From assembly GCA_964016885.1 (NCBI GenBank), contig OZ024743.1, forward strand, positions 12,772,001 to 12,836,000: a stretch of 64,000 nt of DNA, read 5' to 3'. This document shows positions 39,860 through 53,955 of this stretch, piece by piece; the first letter of the stretch is position 1; each line of letters starts with the position of its first letter. The translations under genes were made by a program, and so were the position numbers. The stretch is from Eledone cirrhosa (Eukaryota). Below the pieces are notes generated by a model that was given only the letters and a program-made list of their open reading frames with translations, had not been told where the DNA came from and searched no databases.

Positions 39860-41400
39860 GTAAATCTATAGAAAACCACCCGCTGGGTTTCGGTGAGGAG
39901 TTTCTTTTTCCCTATATATGTTCGGCTATCTCTCTACGTCAGTTTGCCGAGTACTCACGTTTATATATATTTGTGTTTATTCAAATGTGTCTATCTATAC
40001 ATATATATGCCCTCTAGCTTCACTTCGCAGCCCTAAACTTCCGACATTTGTCATGATGTACCGTTAAATAAAAATGAATAATTTCCAACGGTTTTAAAAG
40101 TCAAGTTCGTTGAAAACATACAACTGTAAAGGATACTCCGAGGGACTGCTTCCTTTTTCTAAAAAAAAACGAGTTGTTTCCGACGGATTTGGAAATCAAA
40201 GGAAACGAGTTTTCTTTGCAGATGTATATTTTCAACGAATCTGATTTCTAAAACCATTGGAAATTATTTGTGTTTTTAGTTAACCGCACATCAGGACAAA
40301 TTTCAACAAGTGGGGAGGGGCTAGGATTAGGGTTAGGGTATACACACACACACACACACACACACACATGGAAAAATTTGCCGAATATAATTCAAAATCA
40401 CTTGGCGTCGCGGTCGGGATTTTAACTTCCTCTATACCCACACTGCTTCTTTTCATGTATAGAATACTCCGCTAATTTGTGGTCTCTCCGGTGGTATCAG
40501 CACCACAGTTCGACGAATGAGGGCCAAAAGAATTTACTTTTCCTTTACTCCACATTTTAGTGTTTGTCTTCTGTGAGGCACTAAACCTGCCCTGCTTTTG
40601 CAAACCAGACCTTCATTCCTTTCACCTTACCTTAGATCACTTCAGTGCTTAATCCTTGTGGTGACATGCCTCCATACGCCATTTTCACAGATTTTCCTCC
40701 ACCTATTACGGTCAGCAATACATTCCTCAAATTCTGATGGATGTATTCCAATATGCTTGATATTATTCTTCAGATTATCCTTGTATCTAAGAAGGGGTTT
40801 TCCTACGTTTCTCACTCCCGCTTGAAGTTGGACATACGTGACCTTTTTAGGCAGTCGTTCATTTATTTTAGCAATATAGCCAACTCATCTCAACTGAAAC
40901 TTTGTTAAGAAGGCCTCCATGCTTTGTATGTCACATTTATGAAACAACTGTTCAATAGAGTCTTTATCTTACCATGTTAAACCACATTTTATTTTATCGT
41001 TACTTTCCGACGGATCCGGAAGTCAGATTCATTGAAAGCACAGGAAAAATCTATGGAAAAAATTCTAACCAACCAAAGAAACCTCCGAAAGCGAAGGTCC
41101 GAAGTCCCACCATACGTTTTCTAAAAAAAACATGTCGCTTCTTAGCAGGAGGTCAATTTTGTTGAAAACACGCGAAAGAACCTAGGAATGAAAAAAATTT
41201 CCACAAAAGAAAACTCCAAGGGGGAGAAACTCTGAGATTTCACCCCCTCACTTATCTCTCTTCGGTTTTCGGAAAAAAGAGTCGATTGCAAGTGAGCTGG
41301 AGGTCAGATTAGTTGGCAACACACGAAAAAAAACTAGGAAAAAACGACAAAAAAAAAATTTCTCACCGAACCCGCAGTGGGTGCTTTACTATAAATTTAC
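39860..41400. mobile_element. Degenerate TIR-bounded non-autonomous DNA element
   Basis: GTAAATCTATAGAAAACCACCCGCTGGGTTTCGGTGAG mirrors CTCACCGAACCCGCAGTGGGTGCTTTACTATAAATTTAC; a related end is at about 28483. Confidence 0.55.
40450..40975 (-). mobile_element. RTE-clade LINE 3' fragment nested in the TIR element
   Basis: QLR*VGYIAKINERLPKKVTY..GKPLLRYKDNLK..DRNRWRK on the minus strand. Confidence 0.75.
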
Positions 41401-41641
41401 TATTTCTTTTCTAATCCTCATATAAACCCTATTGTGCTTCTTCCTGATATTGAAAATATAGCACATAATAATAAACCTAACATTTTTATGCGGCATTATA
41501 ATTGTTAAGTCTGAGACGACTTATGAATTTTCAATACAGTTCGGAAAAAAAAAATGGTGCTATATCTCCCAACTTCTATCTCTCACTCATTCTCTTTTTT
41601 TCTCTCTCTCTCTCTATCTCTCTCCCTCTCTCTCTCTCCCG

Positions 41642-41673
<32 letters not shown>

Positions 41674-43554
41674 TTCTCTCTCTTTCTATATGTATATATA
41701 TTTACCAATCTGTTTATCTGTCTGCCTGTCTGTCTGTTTGTCTCTCTGCGCCTGTCTGACCAAACGATTGATAATGAATATAAACACACACACACACACA
41801 TTTATATATACACGCTAGCAGAGTATATTTGAAAAGATTTTCTTTAAAAGATGTAATATTACGTTAATGTATTATTATTATTATTATTGTTATTATTATT
41901 ATGTAACTAAATCTTCAGAAAACTTAAGAGTGTCTTGAAAACGGTGTTATATTTATAAGAATGTTACCGCCGGACTTTATATCATTTTATGGGCATTCTG
42001 ATAGTAATAATGCCTATAAAACTGTGCAAGTATATTGACTCTTAATTTTTTCTTTTATGATATCAACTCATGAAGGGATAATATCAAACTGGAGACATTT
42101 AATGGAGCAATCAAATTCAGAGTAAATGATATAAGTAACGCACTTATATTGATTACCTTAAAAACTTAATATACGAGTCAAAAGACATCTTAATATGACT
42201 TTATATACTTAAAAGGTATTAGTTTGAAAATCTAATATGTTATTTATGTCGTATATGAATATCTATCCCAGTGATACACATACACTTTCACACAACCGCA
42301 CGCATATATGTATGTATATGTAATACCTACATACATATATATGTATGTATGTATGTATGTAAAGTATGTATGTAATGTATATATATATTCACACGCATAT
42401 ATATATATATATTTAATACGAACAAAAACCTCTTTATCTGTTTACACGATAGCTTACTCTTGGACAAATAGTTACATGAAATGAATGAATATATGGAAAG
42501 AACAGTTACATACACTCACACACACATATACCTCCACCCAGTTAGAGTCACAAACACTTACACACACACACACAGACGCACACATACACACACACACTCT
42601 ATCTCTCTCTCTCTCACATACACTACTCTCTCTCACACACACACGCACTTCTCTCTCTCTCTCTCTCTTACACACGCTCTTTCTCTTACATGTATATATA
42701 TATATATCTTTACCATATTGCCGCTTCGAGTTTCTCGCCATATAATGTATTATCAAGTGCGAAATTCGAAGGAGTGATTAAAGGAAGTTTTAGTTGCCAA
42801 TACCTGAATAAAACTCTCTAGACACTTTGTTCACTAAAACTTAATAAGATACATTTACGCCAACACACTAGTATGTTTAGTAGCCATCGTGTGAAACAAA
42901 GGTCGTAGATGTAAAGTGTTTTAGCCAGGGATGCAGTTTTTTCCATGTTCAATTGAGAGCATTTTTATTTCAGTAAGATTCTATCAGTTTCATCTTCTGT
43001 CAAAAAGCTGTTCTGCTAGTGAATGCGTCGTAGGTGGTACATATCGATATGGCTACCAGATATAATGGTTAGTTGCGATAAAGTGGGCTTTTACTGGACG
43101 AATATGTAATCCCAAATGAACATCTGTAAGCTACTAGGGGAACTGTAGCCACGAATGTCACTGTTAGCGGGTCTGAGAAAATTACCTAATTGGTGACTAG
43201 CGCGAATAAAACCACCAAAAACTGCAACATATCCAAATGCAAGAAAATCAATCATCGTTGTCACGGGGTAACAAGGGACTCGTCCAGACATTAAATATAA
43301 AGGCCTGTTTAAAACATATATTGCAATCTCCATCTAACATTGTACAAAACTGGCGATGGGCATGCGAACTGTCCCGAGAGGCGTCGAATTGACGTCAAAG
43401 ACGGTTTAGAAGGGAGTAAACTATAACAATTGGCAACTGGAACGAGACTCTTGTGGACGAATCTGCAGGTGTAAGGGATCTGAGGATAGCTTCTTGTTGC
43501 TTTGAAGTCCCTATACGAATGCTCTATTATTTGTGTCGAGATAAATTGTACTAA

Positions 43555-44600
43555 TGCGAAACACTTCATTGTGGGTGCGTACCGTTACTTCTCTTGTTTA
43601 TAATTTTCACGGACAGGATTGACGTGCGTAACCGGGTTGGAAGTGCTATCAAAATCGTTGGGTGTAGGATCAGTCGGCTGTTATTTGAAGACGACATTGT
43701 ACTACTTAATTTGTCGGAAGGTGATCGCTGACATACACTGTATAATTTTACTGATGAGTCATGCATGGCAAGAATGAAAATCAATACTGCGAAGACTGAG
43801 GCATTCGTCCTCTCAAGAAAGCTAGCACTGTGAACACTGTATATGAGTGGAGATCTACTGAAGCAGCTGGAGAAATGCAAGTATCTTGGATCAGTTTTCA
43901 CGGGTGATGCATGAATTGCAGGAGCTGGTCCAGTAATGCGCCAGTCTCAATACTCGGTCATCAGAAGAAGGAAGGTTGGTGCAAAAGTCAATTCGATGTT
44001 AATGCCTACTCTTCCCAACGGTCATGAAACATGCGTAATGACCGAAAGATCGCGAATAGAAGTGGCCGAAATTGGCTTCCTTTGAATAGCTTTGGAGTTA
44101 CGTTATTAGATAAGGAGGTCAGCAATTACCCAGTGCATTACTCGTACTTTATTTTATCGACCCCGTAAGGATGAAAGGCAAAGTTGACCTTGAGTTCAAA
44201 TCCCGCCAAGGTTAACTTTGCCTTTCATCCTTACGGGGTCGATAAAATAAAGTACCAGTAATGCACTGAGTAATTGCTGGCCTTGTGCCTAACGTAGAAA
44301 CAGTTATTAGATAAGGAGGTAGCTTAGGGATCAAGGAGTAACTACTTCTATGAATCGAGAAATAAGAGCTCAGAATCTATGAACAATATAGTTATAATGC
44401 CAAAGAAAATAATCGTTGGACAGACTTTATCGGCAAAGCCAGTCGGCAGGAGACCCAGAAGTAGACCACGAGCAATTTAGTCGGATAATATCCATGAACT
44501 CGGTTAGTCTCTCCTTAAGATTCAGCCAGATCAATAGGAGATGGTTACTTCTGATAGGACCTTCTGGAAGGCATGTCTGATCCTTTTAGGAAATGTGTGA
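43555..44600 (+). mobile_element. RTE-clade LINE RT fragment interrupted by a SINE
   Basis: PLLLLFIIFTDRI..ISRLLFEDDIVL..MKINTAKTE..KYLGSVFT; continues after 44320. Confidence 0.75.
44120..44302. mobile_element. Fold-back Nin SINE insertion with an 18-bp TSD
   Basis: GTTATTAGATAAGGAGGT at 44102-44119 and 44303-44320; 44120-44190 is an inverted copy of 44209-44279. Confidence 0.85.
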
Positions 44601-45156
44601 AGAAGAAGACAGATAATCATTGCCCTTTTAGTTATTTACATGAAAATGGTTGACTAGGTATATGCGAGGTTTGAACCATCAGTTATGGGTAGAGAATATA
44701 GCTGAATGCTTTTCTGTAATTGGGTCATACATTTTTAAATGTTTTAAACAGAGACGGAAGGTTAGCGCATGGGATTCAAAGACTAACAGGTTAAGGTTAA
44801 GGAAAGAAGTTATTACCACTCCCTATACCTGGCGTAAATGCTTGCAAGAGAGGAGATTTTGTTTAGAGCAACCAGGGGCCAGATGGTGATTCTATTACGC
44901 GCAACAGATTATGTCTACTACCTAAAATATTGATTCTCTGGTATTTTTGTACACCCGTCTACACAACCCTCGAAAGCATCTATGGGGTAGCCGGACCTGC
45001 TAAAAATCACAAAACCTTAAAGTTATACTTAATGTCTGAAATAAAGATGGAATTTTCATGTCTTTCATCATAAGCCTGTTCAATCAGAACTGATCTGAAA
45101 TTAGATAACAGCACAAAAAAAAACAACAACACTCTTTTAAAACTTTCAATGGCCTT

Positions 45157-45214
<58 letters not shown>

Positions 45215-45216
45215 GG

Positions 45217-45289
<73 letters not shown>

Positions 45290-45513
45290 GTTACTTAAGT
45301 GATTAACTTGCGGTTGGATCACGCGATATCGGAGAAGTCGAAGAGGAGTCGGGCTTCATTCGTCTTGATCACACTCAAGTTGATCCATATTGAAACAATT
45401 CTAATATGGAAATAAAGCTTCAACACAAGCTGCAAATCGGACTTCAATTATTTTCACTATATATATATATGTATGCGTGTGTGTGTGTGTATAGAAAACA
45501 GCATCTTCTATGC

Positions 45514-45588
45514 ATTTTATCTGACGAGAACATGTTTTGGATTATGTTATACATACGCCTTACATCTTCAAAATATATATGATAAAAT
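45514..45588 (+). ncRNA. Degenerate hammerhead (same layout as 19921)
   Basis: ATTTTAT-CTGACGA-GAA..TTC-AAAA-TATATA-TG-ATAAAAT; GAAA and the cleavage triplet are mutated. Confidence 0.5.
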
Positions 45589-45641
45589 AAATAGAGATGA
45601 TCTAAAGTAACTATCTTTTGTTTACTATTATCATCATCATC

Positions 45642-45837
<196 letters not shown>

Positions 45838-45838
45838 C

Positions 45839-45869
<31 letters not shown>

Positions 45870-45870
45870 C

Positions 45871-45939
<69 letters not shown>

Positions 45940-47319
45940 AATGTATGTATCAGTTAATATGTGTGTTTGTCGAAACCTAATGGAAAGACGTTAAAATAAA
46001 TACAGTAAAATTAGATGTTTCAATATTCAAAGAAATAATATTGCTAGAAATACTTTTGGGTTATTTTACAAGAAACTTATTAATGTTTATTATAAATATG
46101 TTTTAAATATCTAAAAATATATTTTTAGTTTATGTCAAAATGAAATAGAATTTATATATTTATTGGAAGGCGTAATATTCATTATTTTGTATTATTTTGC
46201 TCAATAAGCAATGACGATTTATAAATATGATATATTTTAAATTTGATGAGATAGAAAAGAACAATTTAATATCTAGAAGAATTTTATATTATTATTTCTG
46301 TTTTCTATAGACAATATTGTACTGTTGTTTCAAAGTACAGGTCGATGGATACAATTTAAGTTTGAATGTCGGGCTAATTCCTTGTTTATGCTTTATTTTA
46401 TAATCAGGCTAGAACTGAAGGTGAGCCAAGTGTGCAAGTTGGAATCGGTCAACGATTTTGAAGGGAAAGGGATACTCCAAGTGATAGAGACAAAGGAGAA
46501 ATTTGTTTGTAAAGGATTACCTTATTTCATAAATCGTTCAAGTTATTTTTACTCTTCTGTTGCATGTACAAGGGTCGGCTATAAATATCATATGCTGACT
46601 ATGAAGAAGTGATGCTAGAGCTGTGAAATCTTGCATGCATTAATTTCAACTTTTCTTATTAATAAGTCCATTGTTCCTTCCCATAGGCTATGATGAAAAG
46701 TAAAGCACATTTAAGAACTTTGGAGCTTATGAAGGTTTCAGCCGACCCTCGCAAGTACGTCATGTGCATTGCATGTAAAGGAAGTACCCGTAATCATATT
46801 ACTGATTACTAAGATACTTAACGAGCAATTTCAAATAGGGACTACATATCCGAGCATGACCGGCTTTAAACAGTACTTACCCCGAGCATGATCGGCTTTA
46901 GACAGTACTTACCCCGGTAGATATAGATCTTATATAGAGTGACCTAATATTGATCCATCAAAAGCACAAGGAAAACCCCTGTAACTTTGTAAAAACCCAA
47001 ATAAGTAACTTGCTTCCTTTCTGGCGCTTATGCGATAGCTTCAGGCAAAAATTGTGCTTGTGTTTATTACATGGTGCTGCCAAACAGTATATATTTCAGC
47101 TAGGTGGCTCATATGTAGTTTTCGTCTATTGTAGGCAAAATGACAAAACTAGACTTGCACTTTTATGGCTGTCATTAAAATTTCAGAATTATCTACATTT
47201 GCAAAGTGCGTTTGAGTATCTTGTTTTTGTTGCTGTCCTTGTTACTAAACATGTCATTCGAATTATTAACAGCAGTGTTATTGTCTATAGACAATATTTG
47301 TCAGTATTTTTATAAGTTT

Positions 47320-47689
47320 ATGAGTTTTTCATTTGTAAAGGAAAATCAGGGTAGAGAGGGAAGTGCTCTCTTCCCAGCTTTTTGTTGAAAGATGGGCGAG
47401 AGAGTATATACCTGTAAATTGAAGGTGGAAAACTGGGAGAGGACACTTGCCCTGGTTGTCAGGGTCACCGTGGCTTTTTTTAATGGGCTTTCTCCCCGAT
47501 GGCCCTCGGAAGTCTCCCCCCTATTGGGGAATTTTTCATTATTCTTTTTATTACATCCTCTGTTTTTTGTTTTTTTTTACACGCAGAAATGCCCATTTGT
47601 ACTGTCCTGTATTGTCCTGTACTGTCCTTAATGTCTACTTTGTGTAAACCCTTGTGGTTAATAAAGAAAGCATTATTATTATTATTATT
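47320..47689 (+). mobile_element. 3' stub of another Tx1 subfamily
   Basis: KIRVEREVLSSQLFVERWA matches KVRVEREVLPPSTFAERWV of ORF2 at 53.1 kb; shares CCCCCTATTGGGGAATTTTT, CCCTTGTGG..AATAAA and an (ATT)n tail. Confidence 0.8.
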
Positions 47690-50600
47690 GGTCTAATCGG
47701 ACGTATTTTGCTCGCTCCCAGTAAGTCGCTTTATTTGCCTGTTAAAATTATTTGTTGTTAAATATTTCTTGTTGTGTAAGGGATATAAGCCCTTAGACTT
47801 TGACCTGTTAAGGGGAATGTATAATATTTGGGCCTTTTGGCCCAAATATTTGAACTTTATTTTTACATGTTAAAAAATTTACGGAGAAAAAAAAACAAGG
47901 CTGAGCCATGCCCCCAGCGATATGTCTGCTGTCGTGCCACAACGACGTAGAAGTTGAGAGGAGCGCTACAGAGAAATTAACACAAATTGATAACACAAAC
48001 ACCACCACAAACAAAGTAAACAAAGACACCAATGATACCAATGAGAACTCTAATTTTGAAAAAAATGACAGTAACAGCGACAACGAAATACAGATAACAA
48101 AAAAAAATATATAACAAATGCAACAACAATATCAACACCACTAACATGAAAATAAATAGCGACAACAGCAACAAAGACAACAATGATAACAGCGACAGTG
48201 ATAACAACAACACCAACAAGAACAACGACAACGACAACAAGACCCCCAACGAAAACAAGAAGAATACTTTCGCTGCGGCAGCAGCAAAAAAGAGGCCATG
48301 CTTCAACATGGACCTCTCAAACAAAGATGAAAAGTTGGCTCAGGCATGGAAGCTCATCAAGCAAGAGCAAACCTGTTCCAACTTAACTGTCCCGGTAGAA
48401 GCTATTGAAGCAGTGGAGCGCAGAACGGTGCATTATAGATGCATCTCAGCACAAACCAAAAGGGCAGCTTTAATCACACAAGAAGATGCCGAAGTCCCGC
48501 TGAGGTGCATCAGAGAAGACACCAAATACATAGAGAGGGGCAGACAGTACGGCACCATTTCGGTGTTCTTCAAGTCAGAAGCCCTCGCTATGAAACACGC
48601 TATGACTCCTTGCAAAACTAGCAAGGTCATAATGTACCCCTCCCACATGTGAAAAAGAACGGCCCGTCTCCGCACTCCCAGAATCCCACCAGGACTTGAC
48701 ATGTGGTTGCTTTGGGATGTGTGATTGTGGAGGGGACCGATACCACCCCTATAAAAGTGACCAGAACGGCCAGAGAGGACTGGTCCGGGGTTGACCTGGA
48801 GATCCTTCTCCAGATCAGGCCCGAGAATGTGAAGACAATCCCAGACCACATCCGCCTTCAGAATGGGACGGTCATTCACATTATGACCGAAGGCAAAAGG
48901 CCGCAGTGTTTTGTTTGAGGGGAAAAAACCCATTTGCGAGCCTTCTGCCCTCAACTACTGAAAGAGGCAAGGGGTCGAAAGGCTCCACTGCTGCCGACGC
49001 CGGGGCGAGGACCACAACCATCACCAGCACCGGCAAAACCACCAACAACAACACCAATAGAAAGACCACCACCAACATTGACCTCCCAGGTGGGAAACGA
49101 AGAAAGCTGTCAAATTCCCCCTCCCCCCAAACATACACACACCAATAAAACCATAAACATACATACAGACACACTTGCAGACACAGACCCCTCATCTACC
49201 AGTAGTGAAGATGAGGGAAAACCAAAATACTTCAAAATACAAAAATGGAAACACAAAGAGAAAAAAAAAAACTCAACAAAGCACAAAATCACCCCCCACC
49301 CCCCAAAAAAAAACGCAGACACCACCCACGCAAACATCTCTCCAATAACACCAACATCAACACCACCATCACCATCACCCCCCAAACGCAAACAACCTAA
49401 ACAAACGCAAGAACAAATATACACACAAACATCTGAAACCACAGACACCGCACTCACAACAAACACAAACACAACCGAAACAACACCACCAAAACCATCA
49501 TCTCCACAGCCACGCAAACAAATAAAATCACACCAAGAAAACATACAAAATTTCGTGCTCGTCAGGAGGGCTAACAAAGAACTGATGTAGCACGAAGTGA
49601 AAATATACAAAAAGAGGGGGAAATTTTTAAATCGAGCACATTTCGCGTGCCGGAAGATTTGGTTCTGGTGCGAATGTCGATCGATTTATTCAAATAAATA
49701 TGAGACAGCTTTCCTCGGGACGTGGGAATCCCGAACGTAAAACCCACTTCAAGACTTTTAAAGGGGTTCCCAAACGAAACCCCACCAACTATGCAGGTCG
49801 AACAACCCGACCTTCACAAGAGCCCGGAAGGTAAGTAAACCTTCCTCTCTCTCTTTTTAACCTGCCAACATGGCCGTATTAAGAGTAGGATGTTTAAACG
49901 TTCGTGGCCTGGGATCGTCCTGGAAGCAGGGTCATCTGCTCAACAACCTCAGGTCTATAGAAATGGATGTAATTGCCGTCAGCGAGACCAGGATTTCCAA
50001 CACGCGCGCACTAGCCCCCATTTTCGACGACTATCAGATCTTTGCATCTGTTAGCCGGCCAGGAATGGGTGGCCGGGTGGCAGTGCTGTTTAGGAAAAGC
50101 CTGGATCTCGAGGTAAGGTCGATCTTCCGCGACCCGGACGGGAAGTTGGTGGTCCTGGACGTGAACAATAACGTGGCCGTCTATGCTCCTACTGGGGCAG
50201 GACGGCCGGACTTCTTTAGACGCCTGGAAGCCTTTCTGGGTACGTCTCGCCCTTTACTGTTAGCGGGGGAATGGAACGGCATCTTAGACGCACGCTGGCA
50301 CTGTGTGGGATTATCCGATAGGAGCGGGGGGTGCAAAAGCCTCAAGAACCTGATCAGCCAGTTCCAACTGTCTGACAGGTACCGACTAGATTTCCCTAAT
50401 GCGCCAGTGTGGACCTAGGCTAACCGCATAGGGTCAACTAGATCGTATATAGACAGGATATTCATTAGGAAAATAGACAGAAATAGTGTAAGCTGTCCAC
50501 GTTTTGAAATGGTCGCCTATTCAGATCACAAGTTTGTGATCTGTATGGTCGACCTAGATAAGACACGTAGGTTAGGACCTGGTTACTGGAAGCTAAACAT

Positions 50601-53515
50601 GTCATTTCCGGCACGTAAAGCTTACAGGGACCAGGTCAACAATTTAGTTAAGAAAAAGTTGACAGGGGGAGTCGTCAACAATAGATGGTGGGGGCCTCTC
50701 AAAAGAGAGATTAGAGTAATGTCCATAGAGTTTAGCAAAGAAGTAGCGTTAGAGAAAAATAGAAAGGAGGGGGAGTTGGTAGATAAGTTAGACGAGGCTA
50801 TTGGTAGTGGCATTGCAACTGACGTGCTAGCGGCGAGAATGGCATTAGACCATTTTTTCAATGCGAAACACGAAGGTTGCATTGTCAGAGTAAAGGCGCG
50901 TGCTCTGAGAAACGAGGGAACCAAAGCTGTTCGATGGGCCCACGTGGCAGAGGTGCAGCGTGGTAATACAACCACGATTCGGTCTTTGACGGACCGAGAC
51001 GCACACGAGCTGAGCGATTCCAAGCGGATGTGTGAGGCCTTTCGCCAACATTTTGCTCGGTTGTTCGGGGGAAGTGGTGGGTCAGAGATGGTGGCGGACT
51101 TCAGTCCCTACCTCGATGGCTTGCCGCAACTCTCGACGGCTGACGCTGGGCGCTGCGAAAGGCCAATTACTTCAGCCGAGATTCAGGATGCCTTTTTCGG
51201 CTGCATGAGGCGCAAGTCACCCGGTTTGGATGGTCTACTCTACGAGCTTTACGTAAATATGCCAGACTTGTTCTCCAATCTCCTCGAAGCCCTCTACTGC
51301 AACTGGCAGCAAAACGGGAGTATTCCCAGTTCTGTGAGCCGGGGCGTAGTGACGCTGATAAGGAAAGACGAGAACAAGAGGGACACATTAGACAATTTCA
51401 GGCCCATAACTCTGCTCAACACAGAGTTTAAGATTTTGGCCAGGGTGTTAACGAAGAAGTTGGCGCTTGTCGTCTGGGATTTGGTTGTGGAGGCGCAAAC
51501 TTGCGCAATCCCAACCAGGCCCACAAACGACAACCTCCACCTAATGCGATACATCATAGAGTGGGTAGGGTGTAAACCTGGCTACGGTGGAGCAATTTAG
51601 ATCAATCGAAAGCATTCGATAGGGTCGATCATCGGTACCTGGAGGCTGTCCTCAAGGCGGCTGGCTTCGGCCCCGTCTTCAGAAGCTAGATCGCTGCAAT
51701 GCACAGCGGCACCTGCTCGATGGGTAAAATTAATGGCCACCTCTCGGAACCGTTTCAGGTCTCCCGATCGATCCTCCCTTCTGTACGTATTGACTCTCGA
51801 GCCTTTACTGCAGAAGCTAGAGCTGTTGTAGTGCATCCCGCTCGAACCGGGACGCGGAAAGGCTGTGTCGGCTTATGCGGACGACATAACCGTGACGGTA
51901 TCGGACACCTCAGAAATCGAGGTGGTCGGCAACTTATTGGAGGAATCTGAAAGGTTGACGGGAGCAAAACTTAACCCGGAAGAGTCGGTGGGCTTGCAAC
52001 TCGGCACCTGGAGAGCCAAGTCCATGCCGTCCAACAGCGTCGTTAGGCGCTGGACGAACGGACCGGTAAAGTTGCTAGGGTTTTGGTTCGGGCAAGACCT
52101 CCAGGTGGATAAGAATTGGGACGAGGTGACGGGCTGGGTAGCCAGTCTCACCCAGAAATGGGCTGGGATGAAGCTATCACTGAAAGGTCGGGCGGAGGTG
52201 GTGAACGCGTACATCGCGTCCGTCATCTAACTACCGCCTGACCGTCGTCCCTTGCCCCCGATCGCGCCTCGCCATCTTGGAGCGGTTCCTCTTCAAATTC
52301 TTGTGGATGGGTCAGGTTACGCTGGTGAGGAGGTCCATCTGCTGCCAGCACCCTCTACGTGGAGGGCTGGGCATGCCGTGGCTAATGATGCGCAGGTACG
52401 CGCTGAGGCTGCGGCATCTCCAGATATTCTCCCTAAACGGTGAACAGGTGTGGTCGCCGTTTGTCAGACGGGCCTTTCCGCAGCTCGTTTCGTTGACTGA
52501 GCTGCAGTCCTGGGTCAAGAAGAGACTGAGACTGGGTGACTGGCATCTGGAATGTTGCCAGGCACTCACTGCCCTCTACCAGGCCGGAAATGCGGTCTGT
52601 GGAACTTCCACTCTCGAGTGCTATAGAGGATTAGTGGTGGGCAAGTGCGACGACGCACTCGGAGAGGCTCTGGGAGTCAACGAAGTCGAACTAACCAGTC
52701 TGTACCGGAGGACTTTCGAGCCGGGGACGATGGATAATTTCCCCAAATCCCTTGCTTGGCAGTGCTACCGGGGGGCACTGCCGGTTCGAGATAAACTCTA
52801 CAGGCACGGAAGTGCTGTCAGACGGACCTGCCCGAGATGCGCGCAGAGCGATGAAACCGTTCTGCACGCACTCGTCCTGTGTCCGTGCATTACTGACTTG
52901 TGGAGTTATGTTGAACAGCTGTTGTCGCGTGTAGAACGGATCCGGCTATCGGCCGAGTCCACAGTGAAGATCGACCCGCCGCCTTCTTTTGCCCAGGAAG
53001 GGCAGGCAATTTTCCTCTGTCTGGTGGCAGTAGCAAAAGAGTTTGTGTTTGTATGGTGGATGAGGTTGAAAGGACTGAAGACAGACACTTTTCTCTTCGG
53101 CCAATCCCTCATCAACTTTTTCAAGTTTCACTTGAAAAGGAAGGTGAGGGTGGAGAGAGAAGTGCTGCCCCCCAGTACATTTGCTGAAAGGTGGGTGAAT
53201 GTGGCGAGAATGGCCCGTGTGAGTGGGCCTACTCTGGTCATGCGGCTGTAGGTAGGTAAATTTGAGGAGGAGAGGGGGTGCCCTTCCAGGGTGTTCTCGA
53301 AGCGTCGGGTCGTTCAGGGTTGGTGGGGTACCTGAGCGAACCCTGGATGGTCATCCCCCCTATTGGGGAATTTTTTCTTGTAATTTTATTGTTACTTTGT
53401 TATTGTGATTCATATTGTTTACTCTATTTTTCTGTAAAACCCCACTGTCCCAGTCTTTTGTATTGTCCCCTATATGTCGGCCCTTGTGGCCAATAAATGA
53501 AATCATTATTATTAT
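47690..53515 (+). mobile_element. Full-length but decayed Tx1-clade LINE
   Basis: 5'UTR, broken ORF1 at about 47921-49838, ORF2 49870-53251 (APE; RT with KSPGLDG, FRPITLLN, AYADD; CPRC..ETVLHALVLC), AATAAA and (ATT)n tail. Confidence 0.93.
49870..53251 (+). pseudogene. Tx1 ORF2 endonuclease-reverse transcriptase pseudogene
   Basis: ORFs 49870, 50509, 51865 and 52277 are separated by stops and frameshifts. Confidence 0.92.
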
Positions 53516-53521
53516 CCTCAT

Positions 53522-53955
53522 TAGAGCGGTGGTTTGGCAGTGTCAGTAGAGCATCATATACCGTGCTTTGCAACATAGAGTCAACACCGAGGTTAACTTT
53601 GCCTTTCATCCTTACGAGGTCGATAAAATAAAGTACCAGTCACGCACTGGAGTCGATTTAATAGACTTTTCCCTCCCCCTGAATTGCTGGCCTTTTGCCT
53701 ATATAAAAAACAATTATTATTATTATTATTAGGGCGGTGGTTTGGTAGTATCGGTAGAGCATCAGACACCATGCTTTGCAGCATAGGAGTTATGGCCCTT
53801 TACGTTCTTACTTCAAATCCTGCCAGGTTAACTTTGCCTTCCATCCTTATGGGGACGATAGAATAAAGTACTAGTAACAAACTGGGGTCATTTTACTCAA
53901 CTTTTCCCTCCCTCCCAAAATTGCTGGTCTTATGCCTAAATCTGAAACCATTATT
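53522..53955 (+). mobile_element. Two tandem Nin-domain SINEs directly after the Tx1 tail
   Basis: Two head-core-tail units joined by (ATT)n. Confidence 0.85.

Noticed and set aside
40321-40340. TTAGGG repeats (also near 56967)
   Set aside because: Only 2-3 units inside repeats; not a telomeric array
43751-43785. CTGATGA...GAAA hammerhead-like string
   Set aside because: Lies inside RTE RT coding sequence; extra bases before GAAA and no stem I or III
46850-46915. Two-copy tandem of about 32 bp
   Set aside because: Ordinary local duplication with no further structure
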